Assembly: GCF_001194135.2 (NCBI RefSeq)
Contig: NC_068991.1
Coordinates: forward strand, 24,564,209-24,628,208
Direction: 5' to 3'
Length of the DNA: 64,000 bases
Origin: Octopus bimaculoides
Lineage: Eukaryota
Shown here: piece by piece, positions 25,471 to 39,524 of the stretch
Position numbering within the stretch: the first letter of the stretch is position 1
Layout of the letters: every line of letters begins with the position of its first letter
The notes under the pieces: model-generated
Seen by the model: the letters and a program-made list of their open reading frames with translations, nothing else
Told to the model about the DNA's origin: nothing
Database searches by the model: none
Made by a program: the position numbers and the translations under genes

Positions 25471-26570
25471 TGAGCATATCCTTCTATTGATTACATCTAT
25501 CCTGCCCACATCTAGAAGTTATTTTAATCTAGACTAGTCTATATCATTAACTCTTTCTGATCGATCATTTTTCTCATAAAGCTATATTCATTCATTTTAT
25601 ATTTACTTTTCCATGAGTTGGATGAATATGTTATTTTAGACTTAGTTTTACAGCCAGACACCTTTCTTAGCACTAACCCTTATCTGATTACAAGCAAGAG
25701 ATCATTTATATTACACAGCTTCAATGATACAAGATTCTCAAACAATTTGATGACAGAAAAAAACTGACAACAACACTGCCCATTGTATTTTTGTATAAAA
25801 GATTGCAAATGTAAGCACACACTCTCTCTTAAACACGCACACACGCATACACACACACACGTACACACAAATATTTATAATATGTGATGGTATTCTTTCA
25901 GTTTCCATTGACCAAAAGTTTCTGACAGCCCTGGACTATAGTAGATAACACTTGCCCAAAGGGCCATGCAGAGGGACTGAAACTAAAACCAAATGATTGA
26001 GAAGTGAATAATCAACGATTTATAGGGATTTTATAAAATAATTAAGTTCGGCATTATTAAACTGGTGTTTAGAACAACTTAACAAAGAGATTCATATAGA
26101 AAAGAATGAAAGGTTTCAATTTACATATGAATATATTAAAAGAAGAGGTTTCGCATCATAAAACCATATCTCACATATCCAAGTCAATACTGATGATCTT
26201 TATGTACACATATTTGGTAAAGACCTATAACTAGAAAGTTCTCTAATTTGAGCAAGATTACTCAAATTTGCATAAATTTGTATATAGTTGGATGAATACA
26301 AGAAATTTCATGCATAAGTGTATCTTAGGCAACATGTTTATACTATGGGTAGTAGATGTAGTTATGCCTGATTAAGTACAAAGTAACAGAAAAATATAAC
26401 AAAATGATACAATATCAAAATAACATAACAAGTAACTGTAGATGTGTCGCTAATTTAAGTTTTACTACCTAACCATAAACATACTTGAGTTCACAACTCC
26501 TTGTCAGAAAAGTTAATATGTGTTCTCGTCAATACACTGGGTAAATGAAAGGATGCAAGAAACAGGTACA

Positions 26571-26677
26571 ATCATCATCATCATCATCATCATCGTTTAA
26601 CGTCCGCTTTCCATGCTAGCATGGGTTGGACGATTTGACTGAGGACTGGTGAAACCGGATGGCAACACCAGGCTCCA
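26571..26677 (-). mobile_element. Extremely 5'-truncated RTE 3' end
   Basis: About 100 bp nearly identical to 34421-34520, including the diagnostic gtgaaaccggatggcaacaccagg. Confidence 0.85.
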
Positions 26678-29600
26678 GTATCAGAAATGTTCAGAGATAC
26701 TAAATATGTACTTCTACATATCCAACTCTTCTCTGCAGTTCAGAGTAGGGTTCTGCTTCTTAATAAGGTATAACTTCACAAGGGAAGTAAGACACCATTT
26801 ACACTGGGAGTTGGACATGCAGAAACATGCGTATACCTGTACTGCCCATTTAGAAGTACATACTAAGTATGTACTTCAAGTGTCCAACTCCCCTCTGCAG
26901 ATTAAGCTGCAATTCAGAAGTTTATAACATTGATGTCTTTAACTAAGACCTGAATGTTTATCATTTTGGGGGCAGGTTAATCAGTGTTGGAATACTGCAC
27001 TAGGTGGTATTACTCTGTAAAAGTACTCTATTCTTAACATGTATCTCTTGTTCTAGTGATCCAATGTATGTGTTCCTGCACTGGTAGGATAATTAATAAA
27101 TGTAGTTTAAACAATCACTCTCTGGTGATTCTTTCTCTGACCGGACTGAACAACGATCTATATGATAGATTTCTTGTGCTTGAGTTGTTGAGTAGTTTCA
27201 TTGGTTATGAGAGGAGTCACTCTATTTTCTGGAGTGGATATTAGATGTTTATGATGACTAAACTTATCTCTAGTCATCCCAGATCATAGGCATTTTTCTG
27301 GATTTTAATTGTGCAGTAAAACCATAATATAGTGGAGTAGCATGCGAGGAAGCTTTTGCATGTGTAAGTTTCCATTGAAGCTCTTCCACCAATTGTTTCT
27401 AACCTGTTCACAGTGGTATTGCAACAGTAGGTATAAACATTGCTTTGTGAGAGGTGCAACTTTATCAAATGAGTTCCTTTGGTGGTAATATACATTAATC
27501 TTGATCTTTAGTAATTTAATGACAGATTTTCTCCTGACCTAAACTTTCTCAAAACTTAAATCAGTAATAGTTGACAATTATTAGTTACTTTCATATTATG
27601 TCATAATATTACCATCCTGTTGTCATTTTGCAGTAAATCAAAGGTAATGTAGTGTTGCAAACCACAATTTCCCATTTCCTTTCTCACATAAATCCAAAGA
27701 ATTGTGTTAAGGTAAAAAAAAAAAAGAGATTAATATTTTATGATTAATAATCATAACTATTTCACTTCACCTGCATCATGAATACCTTTGAGAAAGGTAT
27801 AAGCATCACAAAATCTTATTTACCTTCCTTAAAGATCTGCAGTTCCTTGATCTAGAATTGCATCCATGTTCCTCAAATTATGTTCTATCAGTTTGAAAAA
27901 TAGAAAGACACATCATATAATTTAAATCTAGATATATTAAAAGACACGAAGGTCAAGGTTAGACTGCCTCTGATCCTATGTCAGCTTGATCAAAACAGAC
28001 CTGGAGCTAAACAATAATGTACGTGGATAATGTAATCCTGGATACATTATGCCAAAACAAACCAAAAAAGGAACTGGTTTTGATGAAGAAATGGTTGAAT
28101 GATGAAAAGGTGACAGAAAAAAGAAAACACTGAACATAACAAAGCTTTGAAGGTAACAAACCTCTACAATAGAAATAAGTGCACCCCAATACAAAATGCC
28201 CATGTGTGGAAACAGACAAACGAAGCACTGAAATCTCACTCAAACATACCCTAGACCACAACAAAATTCAACATAGAAAACTAAAAATATCACCAGTATA
28301 TTTCTATAAAAGATTTTCACTCCAACATCAATCTTGTCTCAAATAATATTATGACTGCTACAAAAATAACCAATACATTAAAAGCCAAGAAAATCACAAA
28401 CGAAATACAGAACCACAACCAAAGCAGTCTTTGTACACAAAGCAACCATAATATAAAAAAGCTAACTTCACTGCAGGACAATACTAACAAGTTAACAGAA
28501 AAAAGACCGTTTGGAGGAAAAAGCATTTCATTATGCACTGGTATCCATATTTCAAACTATAATGGAAGCCTTATAACATACATAAATGTCAAACATACAT
28601 AAAATTCTGTATCTAATACATAGCTATCATAAATAACAAATACCAATAGTGCATGACAACACACTAGAGCACTGTCTACAATAAGTTCATTATTACTATA
28701 AATGCAAACATTCAGAATAATGGCCAACATCACAAAATACATTAACCCTCTCAGACCTGTGTTCCTGTGTCTGACTTTACTCTCCACCTGGGCTCCTAAG
28801 CAAAAAAAAAGAATAAATAGCTCAAGAGTAACTATTATAGGCAAACTAATGGACAAAATCAGCTGCATCTTCTTTTTCTATGTGTGTTGTTCATTACTGT
28901 TTTACCAAGAATCTGGCAGCGATGACATTTAACCTATTCCCACCATAGCAGGAATACAGTGTGACAGGATTAATACAAGAAATAATCACTCCACAACCAG
29001 CTTCAACAATATCTCAAACCCACCAGATTATACCAGTCCTGCCTATGCTTGCAAATGGAAGGTACCCACCCTCAGTCACACCCTACCATTAAAAAAACCG
29101 CAAGGTCATATTGGATAATGTCATCTTAGATATACTATGTTTGAAAGAAAGGTGGAATGGTCAAGGCTGGAACAACTTTGAGGATAGGTCTAGTTGATCA
29201 GGTCTGACCGAGGCTAAACAACAAGATACACAAATCAGCACTTCTGGTATCATCACAAGCTATGCACTGACTACCTACACAATGAAGGGAAAATACTCAG
29301 TGAAAAGATTATTTAGATATATTGTGAGGCACAATTTGTTGATATAGCAACTTCCAATCCTCAAAGTCTTTACCATTACATGTACAACTGACATTAAGTA
29401 CCATGCACATAAACAACAATCCAGAATACAACTTCTTCATAAGGACACTAGCTTATGTAACTCAGTCCAGATAGAGAAAAATAAAATATAAAAAACAAAA
29501 CAAATGAACATTAATAGCTTCATTAGCCTCACACACGAGGTTATAGACTTCCAATGATAAGTGCAGATGAGCAAGAAATCCCATGCTGTGTTTATGTTTA

Positions 29601-30489
29601 TATTGCCTGCCTCCTCTGCAGCCCCTCTGAATTTAGATATACTGGCGTTCAAGCTGACACACCACTAATAGGTCTCCCACTAGCTTGATGTATCTGAAAG
29701 AACAGATCTATGAATTACACCAGGACATTCAATTGACTATGAAGATGACATAAGGTCTACTCAGTCAGATATGATCTGACCTAAACAACATCCAAAATTC
29801 AAGCCTACTTAAGAAAATAAAAATCAATATTCATTGATTCAAAATAGTAATTCACATTCATTAGATACAATTTACACAGAAGACAGTTTACTGAATCAAT
29901 TTAAGATATTACTGGGACTTATTTTACTGATACTGCACATTTTGATTTGATCTTAGAAAAATGAAATCATAGAGTAGATTATGAAAGTTGGCATTCTACA
30001 AAGAATAGCATAATACCATTTTTTAAATGGTTTAGATTGATAAAGATCTTCATCTCGCTGACGTTAAAAGGTCACTTGATGGAAAGCACACATGTTACAT
30101 ACAGTTTATGGTCTCAAACAGGGAAGCTGATATCTTCCTTGGTATTTATACCCACTTTCATTTGTGTATACTTGTTTGGGAAATATGAGAATGGTAATGC
30201 TTCCGGAGATAACAAAGTGATGGACATGAGTTGACAATACACAATTAAATAGCAAGTGAATTTGCTTTGGCTAATAATTCATTCTTTTATAAGAATAGTG
30301 AGATTTCTTGAAAACAGGAAGCTAGTAAATGGATGTGGAGACTCTGCACACAGGCTGCCTGTAGAAATGTTTGAAAGAGTTTCATCCAAAACCATAAGCA
30401 TTCAACTGGAACAAGTATTCTAAAATTACTGTCTTTTATTCTTTGACAGAGAAATGGCTCCTTGCTGAAAGTACTATTATTTGGATAAC

Positions 30490-31460
30490 AGAATTTTTAG
30501 TGTATTGAAATAAATACCTTTATATTCTGAGTTCAAATTCCACTGAAGTCAACATTGCCTTTCATGTCTCTGGGGTCAATAAATTAAAATACTAGTCAAG
30601 TACTGGAGTTGCTGTAATCAATTCTTCTCTCCTAAATTTCAAACTTGTACCCATATCAGAAAGAATTATTAGGGTGATGGACTTGTAGAATGGTTTGAAC
30701 ACTGGAAAAGTTGTTTAGTGGCATGGCCTTTTAGGACTTTACATTCTGTGTTCAAATCCTGTTGAAGCTAACTTTGCCTTTCACCTCTCCAGGATCAATA
30801 AAATAAAGTCAAGTAGTAGGAAATATTGTACCAACTAAATTCCTTCCCTACAAAATTGCTGAGCTTGTACCTAAATTAGAAATAATCACTACCTCCTCCT
30901 CCAAAATTTCAGATCTTGTACTTATGGTAGAAATTATTATTATTTTTATCATTTAAGACATCGCACAGTATCCAATATTGTGAAACTGTTGATTGAAGAT
31001 ATTGTATCTACCAGAGGATTGCAGGATTTTGCAGAATCAAAGACTATCAGACAAATTACATTGCGATGCTTACTTATATATTTTTACATTCTGAGTTTGA
31101 ATCCTGCTGAGGCTGACATTACCTTTCATTTTTCTGATATCAATAAAATAGAATACCCATTCAGTGCTAGGGTCAATATACTTGACTAAATCCCTTCCCC
31201 AAATTTGGGACCTTGTATCCATCTCATAAATCATAAATTGCTGGTAGAATCATTAGAGCATTGATAAAAAATCTTTGCAGTATTTGTTCCAACTCTTTAC
31301 ATTCTGAAATCAAGTCCTTCTGAGATTAACTTTGCATTTCATTCTTTTGGAGGTCAATAAAATAAAGTACCATTCAAGCACTGGGGTCAATAGTATTGAC
31401 TAATCCCCCCCCACCACCACCACCTCGAAATTCTTGGCCTTGTACTTAAATCAGAAAGTT
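30490..31460 (+). repeat. Head-to-tail array of 4-5 diverged copies of the approximately 210-bp SINE-like unit
   Basis: A ttacattctgagttcaaat-like core recurs at about 30522, 30740, 31083 and 31298. A tail-only unit lies at about 30885-30950. Confidence 0.8.
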
Positions 31461-31535
31461 AATTATTATTATTATAAATTATGGCGATGTACTCGATCAG
31501 AGACCATGTGCTGAAATTAATACAATTTCAGCATG

Positions 31536-31751
31536 CAGAAACATGCAAAGACCATTAACTTCACTTAAATATTTACTGTATGTAATATGGTGTCAAAATT
31601 TTTGTCACTCACAACTGCAACTTGGTCACTGAAAATATGTGCTGCACATATTTGCCAGTGTAAAACTCACACTTTCAGATGATGAAAATTCTGATACTGT
31701 ATTATACACAATAAATGTTTAAGTGAAGTTAATGGTCTTTGTGTGTTTCTG
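31536..31751. mobile_element. MITE-like foldback with approximately 47-bp terminal inverted repeats
   Basis: cagaaacatgcaaagaccattaacttcacttaaatattta matches the reverse complement of taaatgtttaagtgaagttaatggtctttgtgtgtttctg. Confidence 0.75.
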
Positions 31752-32151
31752 AATGGCTAACGTGTGTCCTCCATGCTGCAATCATGTTATTATAAATAAT
31801 TTTGGTATAAAGTATCATTGCTACTATCAAAACAAACCACTGCCAATGATCAGAAAGAAAAACATCATTGGTTATATTTCCCATAATAACAGAAACAACA
31901 CAGTGTCCCAGAGAACATATTGAGTGTCACAAGAGAATAATCTCACATTTCTATGGTTCTAGATAGGGATAACCTTATTTTAGCAATTCAGCCAACAGTA
32001 ATTTAAGACACGAAACAAGTCTTCCATGACACAAATGTTAAGATCTAACATTAATAAACACAGTTAATGGGTATGTGAATGACTGAGATTGCATGCGCGT
32101 GTTAACGTATGTATGTTTGTATCTATCTATTATTATTTGTAGTAGTAGTAG

Positions 32152-32202
<51 letters not shown>

Positions 32203-32231
32203 TAGTAGCATTGGGCTCACAATCATGAGTT

Positions 32232-32515
32232 AGTGAGTTCCGTTCCCAGACTGGGTTCTGTGTTGTGTTCTAGAGCAAGACACTTTACTTCATGTTGCTC
32301 TAGTTCACTCAACTGTAGAAATGAGTTGCAATACTGGTGCCAAGCCGTATCAGCCTTTGCCTTTCCCTTGGATAACATTGGTGGCATGAAGAGGGGAAGC
32401 TGGTGTGCATGGGTGACTGCTGGTCTTCCATAAATGACCTTGCCCGGACTGATACCGCGGAGGGTAACTTTCTAGGTGCAATCCCATGGTCATTCATGAC
32501 CGAAGGGGTTCTTTT
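32232..32515 (+). mobile_element. SINE body with B-box remnant and conserved-domain-like middle
   Basis: gagttccgttccc is followed by gagcaagacactttacttcatgttgctctagttcactcaactg. It ends in a (ttca)n tail. Confidence 0.55.
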
Positions 32516-32699
32516 CATTCATTCATTCATTCATGCATGCATGCATACATACATGCATACATGCATACATACATATGGAGCATGGCCAGTGCAAGGCAAA
32601 GTGGACCATAGTTCAAATAAAGATTCAATACACAAGTTGCATAGAGTGAGTGGATATGCTTATGAGTAAACAAAAGGCTCTACAGAAGACTCATGTTAC

Positions 32700-32899
32700 T
32701 CTTTTACTTGTTTCAGCCATTTGACTGCGGCCATGCTGGAGCAGCGCCTTTAGTCGAGCATATCGACCCAGGGACTTATTCTTTGTAAGCCTAGTACTTA
32801 TTCTATCGGTCTATTTTGCCAAAGCGCTAAGTTACGGGGACATAAACACACCAGCATCGGTTGTCAAACAATGCTAGGGGGACAAACACAGACACACAA

Positions 32900-32949
<50 letters not shown>

Positions 32950-33130
32950 ATATATATATACATATATATGACGGGCTTCTTTCAGTTTCCGTCTACTAAA
33001 TCCACTCATAAGGCTTTGGTCGGCCCGAGGCTATAGAAGACACTTGCCCAAGATGCCACGCAGTAGGACTGAACCCGGAACCATGTGGTTGGTAAGCAAG
33101 CTACTTACCACACATCCACTCCTGTGCCTA
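32700..33130 (-). mobile_element. Young full-length copy of the abundant tRNA-derived SINE
   Basis: CpG-rich and colinear with 33851-34247 over its whole length. Confidence 0.92.
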
Positions 33131-33850
33131 TGTTATTTGTTATTGTAGAAAATAACAAAACCTTTACTGTTGGTGAGGCTCTATATATTTAATAGAATAA
33201 AATTTATTGATTATTTTGTGTTGATTGGAACTTTATGCATTAATGCCAGAGAATCCAACACAGGGCATTATAGCTTCTGATTGAAGTAATTATGCATTTA
33301 TAAATGTACCGATGTTAACTCTCAGTTGATTTCATCACAATAAGAAATGGGCGTAGCAATATGAAGCAATAGCTCTCAACTAGACCACTTTCCCATGGAA
33401 ACAAGCTTCAAAACTGCAGAAAGATAACAACATATATCAAAGTTCAAATAGCATGTAAACAATTCCAAAAATAGATGTAAAACCAAAACATATAAGAAAG
33501 GAAGGGAAAAAGTAATAAAATTATGAAAAAGTAATAAAATTATGAAAAAGGTTTTATAACATTTTCACAGAAATTTAAGATACGTGTTGAAAATTTTTAT
33601 CAAGATATCAGATTGTATTACAGTTATATCGCATGTATATATCTTGAAAGAGTTAGTATTTACTGTAAATATATCCCATGTAAAGAAACACTGTTTCCTT
33701 TTCCTTTGTTTCTTTTGTTCTTAGTCTCTGTCACTTCCTCTCTTTGATTTTGATCACACACACACACACACACATACATACACAAAAAAAGAATCAAACT
33801 GCTGACATTTTCGTATGTAACCATCTTGATTTGTGAAAATATCTTGGACA

Positions 33851-34039
33851 TACTCTTTACTTGTTTCAGTCATTTGACTGTGGCCATGCTGGAGCACCGC
33901 CTTTAGTCGAGCAAATTGACCCCAGGACTTATTCTTTGTAAGCCTAGTACTTATTCTATCGGTCTCTTTTTGCCAAACCGCTAGGTCACGGGGATGTAAA
34001 CACACCAGCATCGGTTGTCAAGCAATGCTAGGGGGACAA

Positions 34040-34072
<33 letters not shown>

Positions 34073-34247
34073 CATATATATACGATGGGCTTCTTTCAGT
34101 TTCTGTCTACCAAATCCACTCACAAGGCTTTGGTTGGCCCAAGGCTATAGTAGAAAACACTTGCCCAAGGTGCCACGCAGTGGGACTGAACCCGGAACCA
34201 TGTGGTTGGTAAGCAAGCTACTTACGACACAGACACTCCTGCGCCTA
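33851..34247 (-). mobile_element. Young full-length copy of the abundant tRNA-derived SINE; further partial copies at about 25870-26010, 35262-35570, 38510-38660, 52862-53045, 53620-53765 and 59020-59190
   Basis: High identity to 32700-33130, with A-box and B-box-like head at the right end. Confidence 0.92.
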
Positions 34248-34420
34248 AGGATAAAAACAGAAAATCTTGTTAAAATCCTTACTTACTGAACAAGCTGATA
34301 AGGCAAAACTTGAAGTCACATTAACTCAAAATAATTAATGTGTGTGTATGTGTATATATACACCCTTAAAAAGAAATGTAATACAATCTGATATCTCAAT
34401 AAATATTTCCAACTTTCAAC

Positions 34421-35250
34421 ATCATCATCATCATCATCGTTTAACGTCCGTTTTCCATGCTAGCATGGGTTGGACGATTTGACTGAGGACTGGTGAAACC
34501 GGATGGCAACACCAGGCTCCAATCTAATTTGGCAGAGTTTCCACAGTTGGATGCTCTTCCTAACGCCAACCACTCAGAGAGTGTAGTGGGTGCTTTTACG
34601 TGTCACCCGCACGAAAACGGCCATGCTCGAAATGGTGTCTTTTATGTGCCACCCGCACAAGAGCCAGTCCAGGGGCACTGGCAACAATCTTGCTCGAAAA
34701 CCCTACAAGGCCAGTCAGGCGGTACTGGCNNNNNNNNNNNNNNNNNNNNNNNNNNNNNNNNNNNNNNNNNNNNNNNNNNNNNNNNNNNNNNNNNNNNNNN
34801 NNNNNNNNNNNNNNNNNNNNNNNNNNNNNNNNNNNNNNNNNNNNNNNNNNNNNNNNNNNNNNNNNNNNNNNNNNNNNNNNNNNNNNNNNNNNNNNNNNNN
34901 NNNNNNNNNNNNNNNNNNNNNNNNNNNNNNNNNNNNNNNNNNNNNNNNNNNNNNNNNNNNNNNNNNNNNNNNNNNNNNNNNNNNNNNNNNNNNNNNNNNN
35001 NNNNNNNNNNNNNNNNNNNNNNNNNNNNNNNNNNNNNNNNNNNNNNNNNNNNNNNNNNNNNNNNNNNNNNNNNNNNNNNNNNNNNNNNNNATTACACATC
35101 CAGCGGAGCATACTGGCTTCATTCCTTGCGAGCTTATGCATGTCCTCAGCAGTCACAGCCCATGTTTCACTGCCATGTAGCATGGCTGTTCGTACACATG
35201 CGTCATACAGTCTGCCTTTTACTCTGAGTGAGAGTCCCTTTGTTGCCAGC
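34421..35250 (-). mobile_element. RTE-clade LINE 3' fragment spanning an assembly gap
   Basis: Minus-strand translation gives PLLATKGLSLRVKGRLYDACVRTAMLHGSETWAVTAEDMHKLARNEASMLRWMCN. The 3'UTR and (CAT)n tail are at 34421-34729. Confidence 0.9.
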
Positions 35251-35555
35251 AGAGGTGGGAACATAAACACAGCAACATCGATTGTCAAGCAATGGTGGGG
35301 GTACAAACACACCTCAAACCTTGCTCTATATATACATACATATGCACATCTATACACATGTGTATGTACGTATATGTGTATATATATACATATATATATC
35401 TTACTTGTTTCAGCTGCCTGAATGTGGCCATGCTGGAGTATTGCCTTTTAGTTGAAGAAATCAACCACTGGACTTACTCTTTGCAAGCTTGGTGCTCATT
35501 CTACCAATATCTTCTGCCGAATCGCTAAGTTATGGGGGAGAGGAGAGAGAAAACA

Positions 35556-35594
<39 letters not shown>

Positions 35595-36161
35595 ACAGAC
35601 TTCTGCATACATCTTAAATCTTAGTGAAAATGTTATAATGACCTATTTCATAACTATTTTATACTTTTGCCTTCCTTTTCTTGCTTTTAGTTTTACATTT
35701 AGTTTTGGAAGATTTAACATATTTTTGAATTTTAAATCCATCATTGTTTTTCTATTGTATTGTAACATGTTTCCATAGGAAAAGTAATCTAGTTCAGAAT
35801 AGTTGCTTCATACAGCTTCACACCATTCTTAGTGCAAACAAATCAACTGAGAATTAACAATAAAGGTGGTATTGGAGCACCGCCTTTATTGTTTACATGC
35901 TTTTTGGATTTTGACATATGTTGTTATTTTTCTGCAGTTTTGACTGAAACAAGTAAAAGAATAAATGGTACATTTATAAATGCATAATTACTTCAACCAG
36001 GAGTAATAATGATGGGTGTTTCATTCTCTGGCTTTTTTGTGTAATATTTTCTTAAGTCTCAATCAGCATTAGAATACATTATTATGATCTAATAAGTGAG
36101 CTTCTAGATGATCATCCAAATTATAAGGGTTGATATCAAAATGAGAATCTCCCATAAAATG

Positions 36162-38127
36162 TGTTGTATAATGAAACTGTATACCCCTCCCGGTAAAAAG
36201 TGGTAGGAATCAACCATTATAAAAAGACCAGTAGCTGGTCGTCAAGAGAGGGTTGAGAGTTGATCGTTTTAGTCAGTGTCTTGTGGAGCTATCAGCAATA
36301 GTATGACAGAAGAAGTTAGTGTATTACTATTCTAGTACAAAGAAATACAATGGCATCTGATGACTAGTGACTGTTGTGGCTACTAGTGTAAAACAGCAAT
36401 TACAGTACATCAGCAGTCACATATTACACCAGTGGGAGGAACCCACTTCACAACAGTGACGATGATGAAAAACAAATTGATGCAGACTGAAAAAAAAAAG
36501 ACATTCACACAGAGAGTTTAAACTAATTCACATGGAAAATTAAATAACTCGACAAAAAGAAACAAAAATCTTGTGCAAACTTACGAAAATCATAAAATAT
36601 GAAAGACTTGTTAGCTGGGGTAGTTGAGTTGCAAAAATAGCAACAACTCAAGGAACAATGAGAACAACAAGAATTGCAGCAGCAAATGTTACAACTAATG
36701 AAGTTGATGACCAAACTGGATATTATATTTTCGTCTGACCATGTAGCAAATTTCATAAGCAAATTCAAATATGACACCAAAGGAGTAACATTCGAGGCTT
36801 ACTTTCAAAGATTTGAACAAATTTTTGAAAACATGTCTAGTTTTAAGAAAACTAGCAACAGTAGAGCATGAGAAGCACAGTAACTTCATACTGCCAAAAA
36901 AAGCATCCAACATAAATTTCACCAACACAGTTGACGTTTTGTGCAAAATGTTTAGTGAAGTGAGCTCACTGTTTAATACTAGATGGAAATGTTTAAACAT
37001 AGAAAAGATCAAAGATGAAGACTTCACTACTTACACAGGCAGCATCAGTAAAGAATGTGAGAGATTAAGGATGAATATGCTTACTCCAGATTCTTTCAAG
37101 TGTTTGCACAAGGATTGACAGATAAAAGAGATGCAGAAATCTGAACAAAAAGTCTAGCAAAACTGGAAACGGACCAGGATTTGACACAGACATGGAAGAA
37201 ATTCAACAGAAAGAGTGTTTTCACATAAGACCAGGGCAAAAAAGTTGGAAGACAAATAAAGTGTTGCAGGAAAAACAGAAAAAGTATTGGGATGTAAATC
37301 CATCTATGACATGTGGTGGGATGCACCTGAAAAAAAGATTGTCCATATAAAAAAGCAAAGTGTTTTCACTGCGTGTTTAAGGACATGTAAAATTGCTCTG
37401 CAAAACTAGAATGATAGGAAAATAGAACAAACATGAAAAAATAAATAGTTTGTCAGCAGGAAAAATTGTGACTACAACCAACAGAAAATTTGTGAATGTG
37501 AGAATTGAAACCTCAGAATGCAATTAGATATGGGAAGTGACACACACAATCATAAATGAGAAAATATGGGAACAAATGGGTAAACCAAAATTATGTAGTC
37601 CAAACAAAATAGCGTATGGTGTTATGGGAAGAAAATTATATTTCGCAGGTGAACACGTTTGTAATATAATGTTCAATGGTCAAACCAAAAAAGTGAATGT
37701 TTATGTGTTGAAAAAAATCCATGAATTTATTTGGCATTAAATATATGGAGAGATTCAATTTATAGGATACACCCATAAGCGTTTTGTGCAATAACGTAAA
37801 CAGAGCAGTCAAACGATTGAACAAGGTCAATGAACTGAGACAAAAAATGAAAGAAACTTTCCCAAAAGTCTTTTCGGAAGGTTTAGACTGTTGCACAAAA
37901 ACAAAAGCAAGGACTGCCATCAAAGAAAATTCAACACCTACTTTCAGGCCCAAACGGAACGTGCCATTTGTGACGGTAAACCAGGTCAATAAAGAACTAG
38001 AAAGGTTGGAAAGCCTGAATATAATTGAAAAGATTGACCATGCAGACTGGGCAGCACTAGTGGTCTATGTAAAAAACAAAATAAGCTAAGAATGTGCACA
38101 GACTTCTCAATATGTGCACAGACTTCT
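36162..38127 (+). mobile_element. Decayed Gypsy-type LTR retrotransposon: 5' LTR (36162-36455), gag, protease and start of RT
   Basis: The LTR is bounded by TGTTGT...ACAACA and followed by the PBS-like gtgacgatga. Gag reads TFEAYFQRFEQIF and SLFNTRWKCL, with a Zn knuckle CGGMH..DCPYKKAKCFHC. Protease reads QLDMGSD. RT start reads FPKVFSEGL...PTFRPKRNVPF...KELERLESLNIIEKIDHADWAALVV. Many frameshifts. Confidence 0.9.
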
Positions 38128-38196
38128 GTGGTCCTACCCAATATTAAAATGAATTTGCTTGAAATTTTAAGGTGTTTCCATTATTCTGTCCAACCC

Positions 38197-38199
<3 letters not shown>
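38128..38199. mobile_element. Solitary Tc1-like terminal inverted repeat
   Basis: ggtgtttccattattctgtccaacccctg followed by TA; the reverse complement is TA-caggggttggacagaataatggaaacacc, a Tc1-type terminus. No partner TIR was seen. Confidence 0.65.
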
Positions 38200-38241
<42 letters not shown>

Positions 38242-38722
38242 AGATAAATAGGTAGATAGATACACATAAATTATGTATTTTACACACACACACACATACA
38301 GCTGATAGAAATTAAATGCCTCACAACTCAAGTTTCATACCACCACCACAAACTTAAGCTGAGATTACAGTGAGACACAAAACTTGAGCTACAAGGTAAC
38401 TATTCAATTTCAATTAATTCTAAAGTTTACAACATACAACGAGCACTTCTCTCCCAATTGTCCATCAAAATTCCACATTTGTACATACACAACGCTTGCA
38501 CACACATATGACTGGCTTCTTTTAGTATTTGTTTACCAAATCTACTCACAAGGCCTTGATCAGCCCAGGGCTATAGTAGAAGTATTGGTGCATGATGACA
38601 TGCAGAAGGACCAGACCCAAAACCACGTGATCAAGAAGCAAACTTCTTAAACGCACACTGTGTCTTTTGCTACATGCCTCTGTGTGTATCTGTTTGTCTG
38701 CATATATATGTATGTATATGTG

Positions 38723-38759
<37 letters not shown>

Positions 38760-39483
38760 GTGGGCACTAGAAATAGTACACAGTTAAAATATACATCAAT
38801 AATGCAAATACATCATTGAAAGGCAATTTACTGCAGTATTCATCCAGAGATAACAACTCTGTGTTTGAAAATACAATATATATTTCAGATGGAGATGAAA
38901 ATTGCAGCAGCAGTGGTTAATGAGAAAGCTAGATGCATTTCTGTCTAGTTGGGCCTCACCAAAGCCATGTATTCACAACCAACCATATGCCTGGGAGAAA
39001 CAAGAAGAGAATTTTCATCTCTAATATATAGGAAACAGTGAATAAAACAATCACTGATATTACAAAAAGCCACCTAGCAGAGTAAAAATCTGTTATATGC
39101 AATAGAAGTAGTATCTAATTGAAATAGCCATGTATGTATCATACTTAATGTGTATACATCATTTGAAGGCAATTTACTGTGGCATTCATTCAGAGATAAC
39201 ATCTGTAATGGATGAGAGGTACTCAAAATCCCTTCCAACAGTGACTAACAAGAATGCCAGATATATTTTGATCCAGCTGGGTCTTATGAATGGCATGTAC
39301 TCACAGCCAGCCACATACCTAGATTAGATTTGTCACATCCGATATAGAGGAAATAGCAATTATCTCTGGATGAATATTGCATATATATCAATGATGTATT
39401 TACTAAATACGATTACTTATGATATATAGATGACTACACACACACATATAGATGCATCTCTTTCTCTCTTTATACGCATGTGT

Positions 39484-39524
<41 letters not shown>

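Noticed and set aside
27960-28900. A-rich stretch with ORFs of 73-103 aa (KRPFGGK etc.)
   Set aside because: Possibly a very old LINE remnant, but no diagnostic motif could be read with confidence, so it is not listed as a feature.
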